A stretch of 63,408 nucleotides of DNA, the filler included, from Reticulomyxa filosa (taxonomy: Eukaryota > Protista > Foraminifera), in NCBI GenBank assembly GCA_000512085.1. It is 19 parts of 19 records of this genome, joined end to end, with 100 filler letters (N's around TTAATTAATTAA, not from the genome) between each part and the next. Parts side by side here need not be neighbours in the genome. Positions count along the whole stretch, not along the records: positions 62,121 to 63,408 come from ASPP01044993.1; 18 more parts are not named here. One strand, given 5' to 3'. Both the position numbers and the translations under genes were made by a program. Shown here piece after piece: positions 62,213-63,408 of this stretch (position 1 is its first letter; every line of letters starts with the position of its first letter). Under the pieces are notes generated by a model. The model saw nothing but the letters and a program-made list of their open reading frames with translations, was not told the origin of the DNA and did no database searches.

Positions 62213-63408
62213 GGAAAGAGTCCTTTTTTTGTCATTGCAAACAATCCTGTTGAAATCAATTGCATACAACATAAAGGCAAAGATGAACTATTGATCGCTG
62301 GAGAGTATTGTTTAAAACGATTCCTCAACAATAATAATAATATTTGTCCTATTCAATCTCATAGTGGATGTGATTATCATAAAGTAAAGACAATCCAAAA
62401 ACAACTTGATGAATTAATTGCAATATGCCCGAGACAATACAAACTTGAAATGCAAGAGATTACATCAATAGAGAGTATATATACTCAAGATATTACAGAT
62501 TGTAAAGCAACAATAAGACATGCATGCCGTTTCAAATGACAAATCAAAGAAATGTACGATCATTTAAACACTTCATGTGCCTTAAAAGTATCAGATTGTT
62601 GGTTTAAACCATTTGGGTGTGATTCTTATATCAAAGATGATTTAAAACGACATTTAATTGATGACATGAGACGACATTTTGAGTTAGTAATAAATAAATT
62701 TGACTCAATGCAAAAAATAATCAAACAACTACAAGTTAAATTTTGTTTATTTTATCATGTTAAAGACAGTTACAAAACAAATAACAAATATAGGATTGTG
62801 CCGAGCAATTAAAAACAAAAAGAGATCTGAACGAAGAAAAGCTAAAAGAAGAAATTAAAAAACTAAATGACGAAAATTTACTATTAAAGCAACAATTAGT
62901 ATGCTTTGTTTGTTTATTCTTCTATAATACAAATAATAAATATATACTATATTCATCAGAGCAAGTTTGGCAACGAAGTAGAAGAATTGAAAGCAAAAAA
63001 AAGTCAAGCAAGCGAGATTGAAGAAAAAAAACATGATAGTAACGTTAAAACAGATACTCAATTAATGTCGTACAACATATTGTCCAAAATTAAATTGGAT
63101 TCATTTCAGTCATCAGCCAAATTAATTCATACATTTAATGGACATCGCGATTGTGTGATTGTTCAACATTTGATGGTAACAAATTCATTTGCTCTGGATC
63201 AAATGATAAAACTGTTCGTGTATGGGATGTTAACAACAATCAAATTCAATCATTGAATAAATATTCAGATACTGTGCAATGTGTGAAATTTTCACCATAC
63301 CATTATCATAACAGTAATCAAAATGTCATCTGTTCATCAGTTGACAATAAAATTCGTTTTTGGGATTTCAAAAATAATATCGAATTAAAAGTATTACGTG
63401 AACACGAT
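62213..63408 (+). pseudogene. RING-like/TRAF-type zinc finger + coiled coil + WD40 family pseudogene
   Basis: NNPVEINC..H...GEYCLKRFL..NNICPIQSH..C, ICPRQY, CRFK*QIKEMYDHLNTSC...CWFKPFGC, then WD40 GHRDCV / FICSGSNDKTVRVWDV / CVKFSPYH. In-frame TGA at 62537 and a frameshifting deletion near 63160. Confidence 0.85.

Noticed and set aside
62537-62539. In-frame TGA as selenocysteine or an alternative genetic code
   Set aside because: It falls at a probable Gly position in a copy that also has a frameshifting deletion; TGA and TAA terminate intact genes in this window.

Overview
This window is not one locus. It is 19 apparently unlinked, AT-rich eukaryotic contigs joined by 18 artificial 100-nt spacers (N44-TTAATTAATTAA-N44, with stops in all six frames), so neighbourhood arguments hold only within a contig. 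The gene families and GT-AG introns rich in poly-T, poly-A and (TA)n suggest a rhizarian/foraminiferan draft genome such as Reticulomyxa filosa; this is an inference, not a search result. Gene-dense contigs encode a DMT/EamA transporter, a G-patch protein, an inositol polyphosphate 5-phosphatase with a C-terminal C2-like domain, a 7TM protein, two mitochondrial-targeted orphans (one with an HA-like domain), PLAA/Doa1, an LPCAT-like acyltransferase, PDH E2 (DLAT), an HSPA12-like Hsp70, GRX5 and DCAF11/WDR23. Other contigs hold decayed material: RNase H-bearing non-LTR retrotransposon debris, kinesin and zinc finger-WD40 pseudogenes, and a shuffled repeat family. Many genes carry single-base indels at homopolymers, best explained as sequencing errors. 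I found no rRNA, tRNA or CRISPR array and no clearly demonstrable new multi-gene system. The best leads are the two mitochondrial orphans, the G-patch/multi-SIM protein, the non-canonical lipoyl motifs and 3' compositional shift of DLAT, the SHIP-like phosphatase with very large insertions, and the scrambled LINE arrays.
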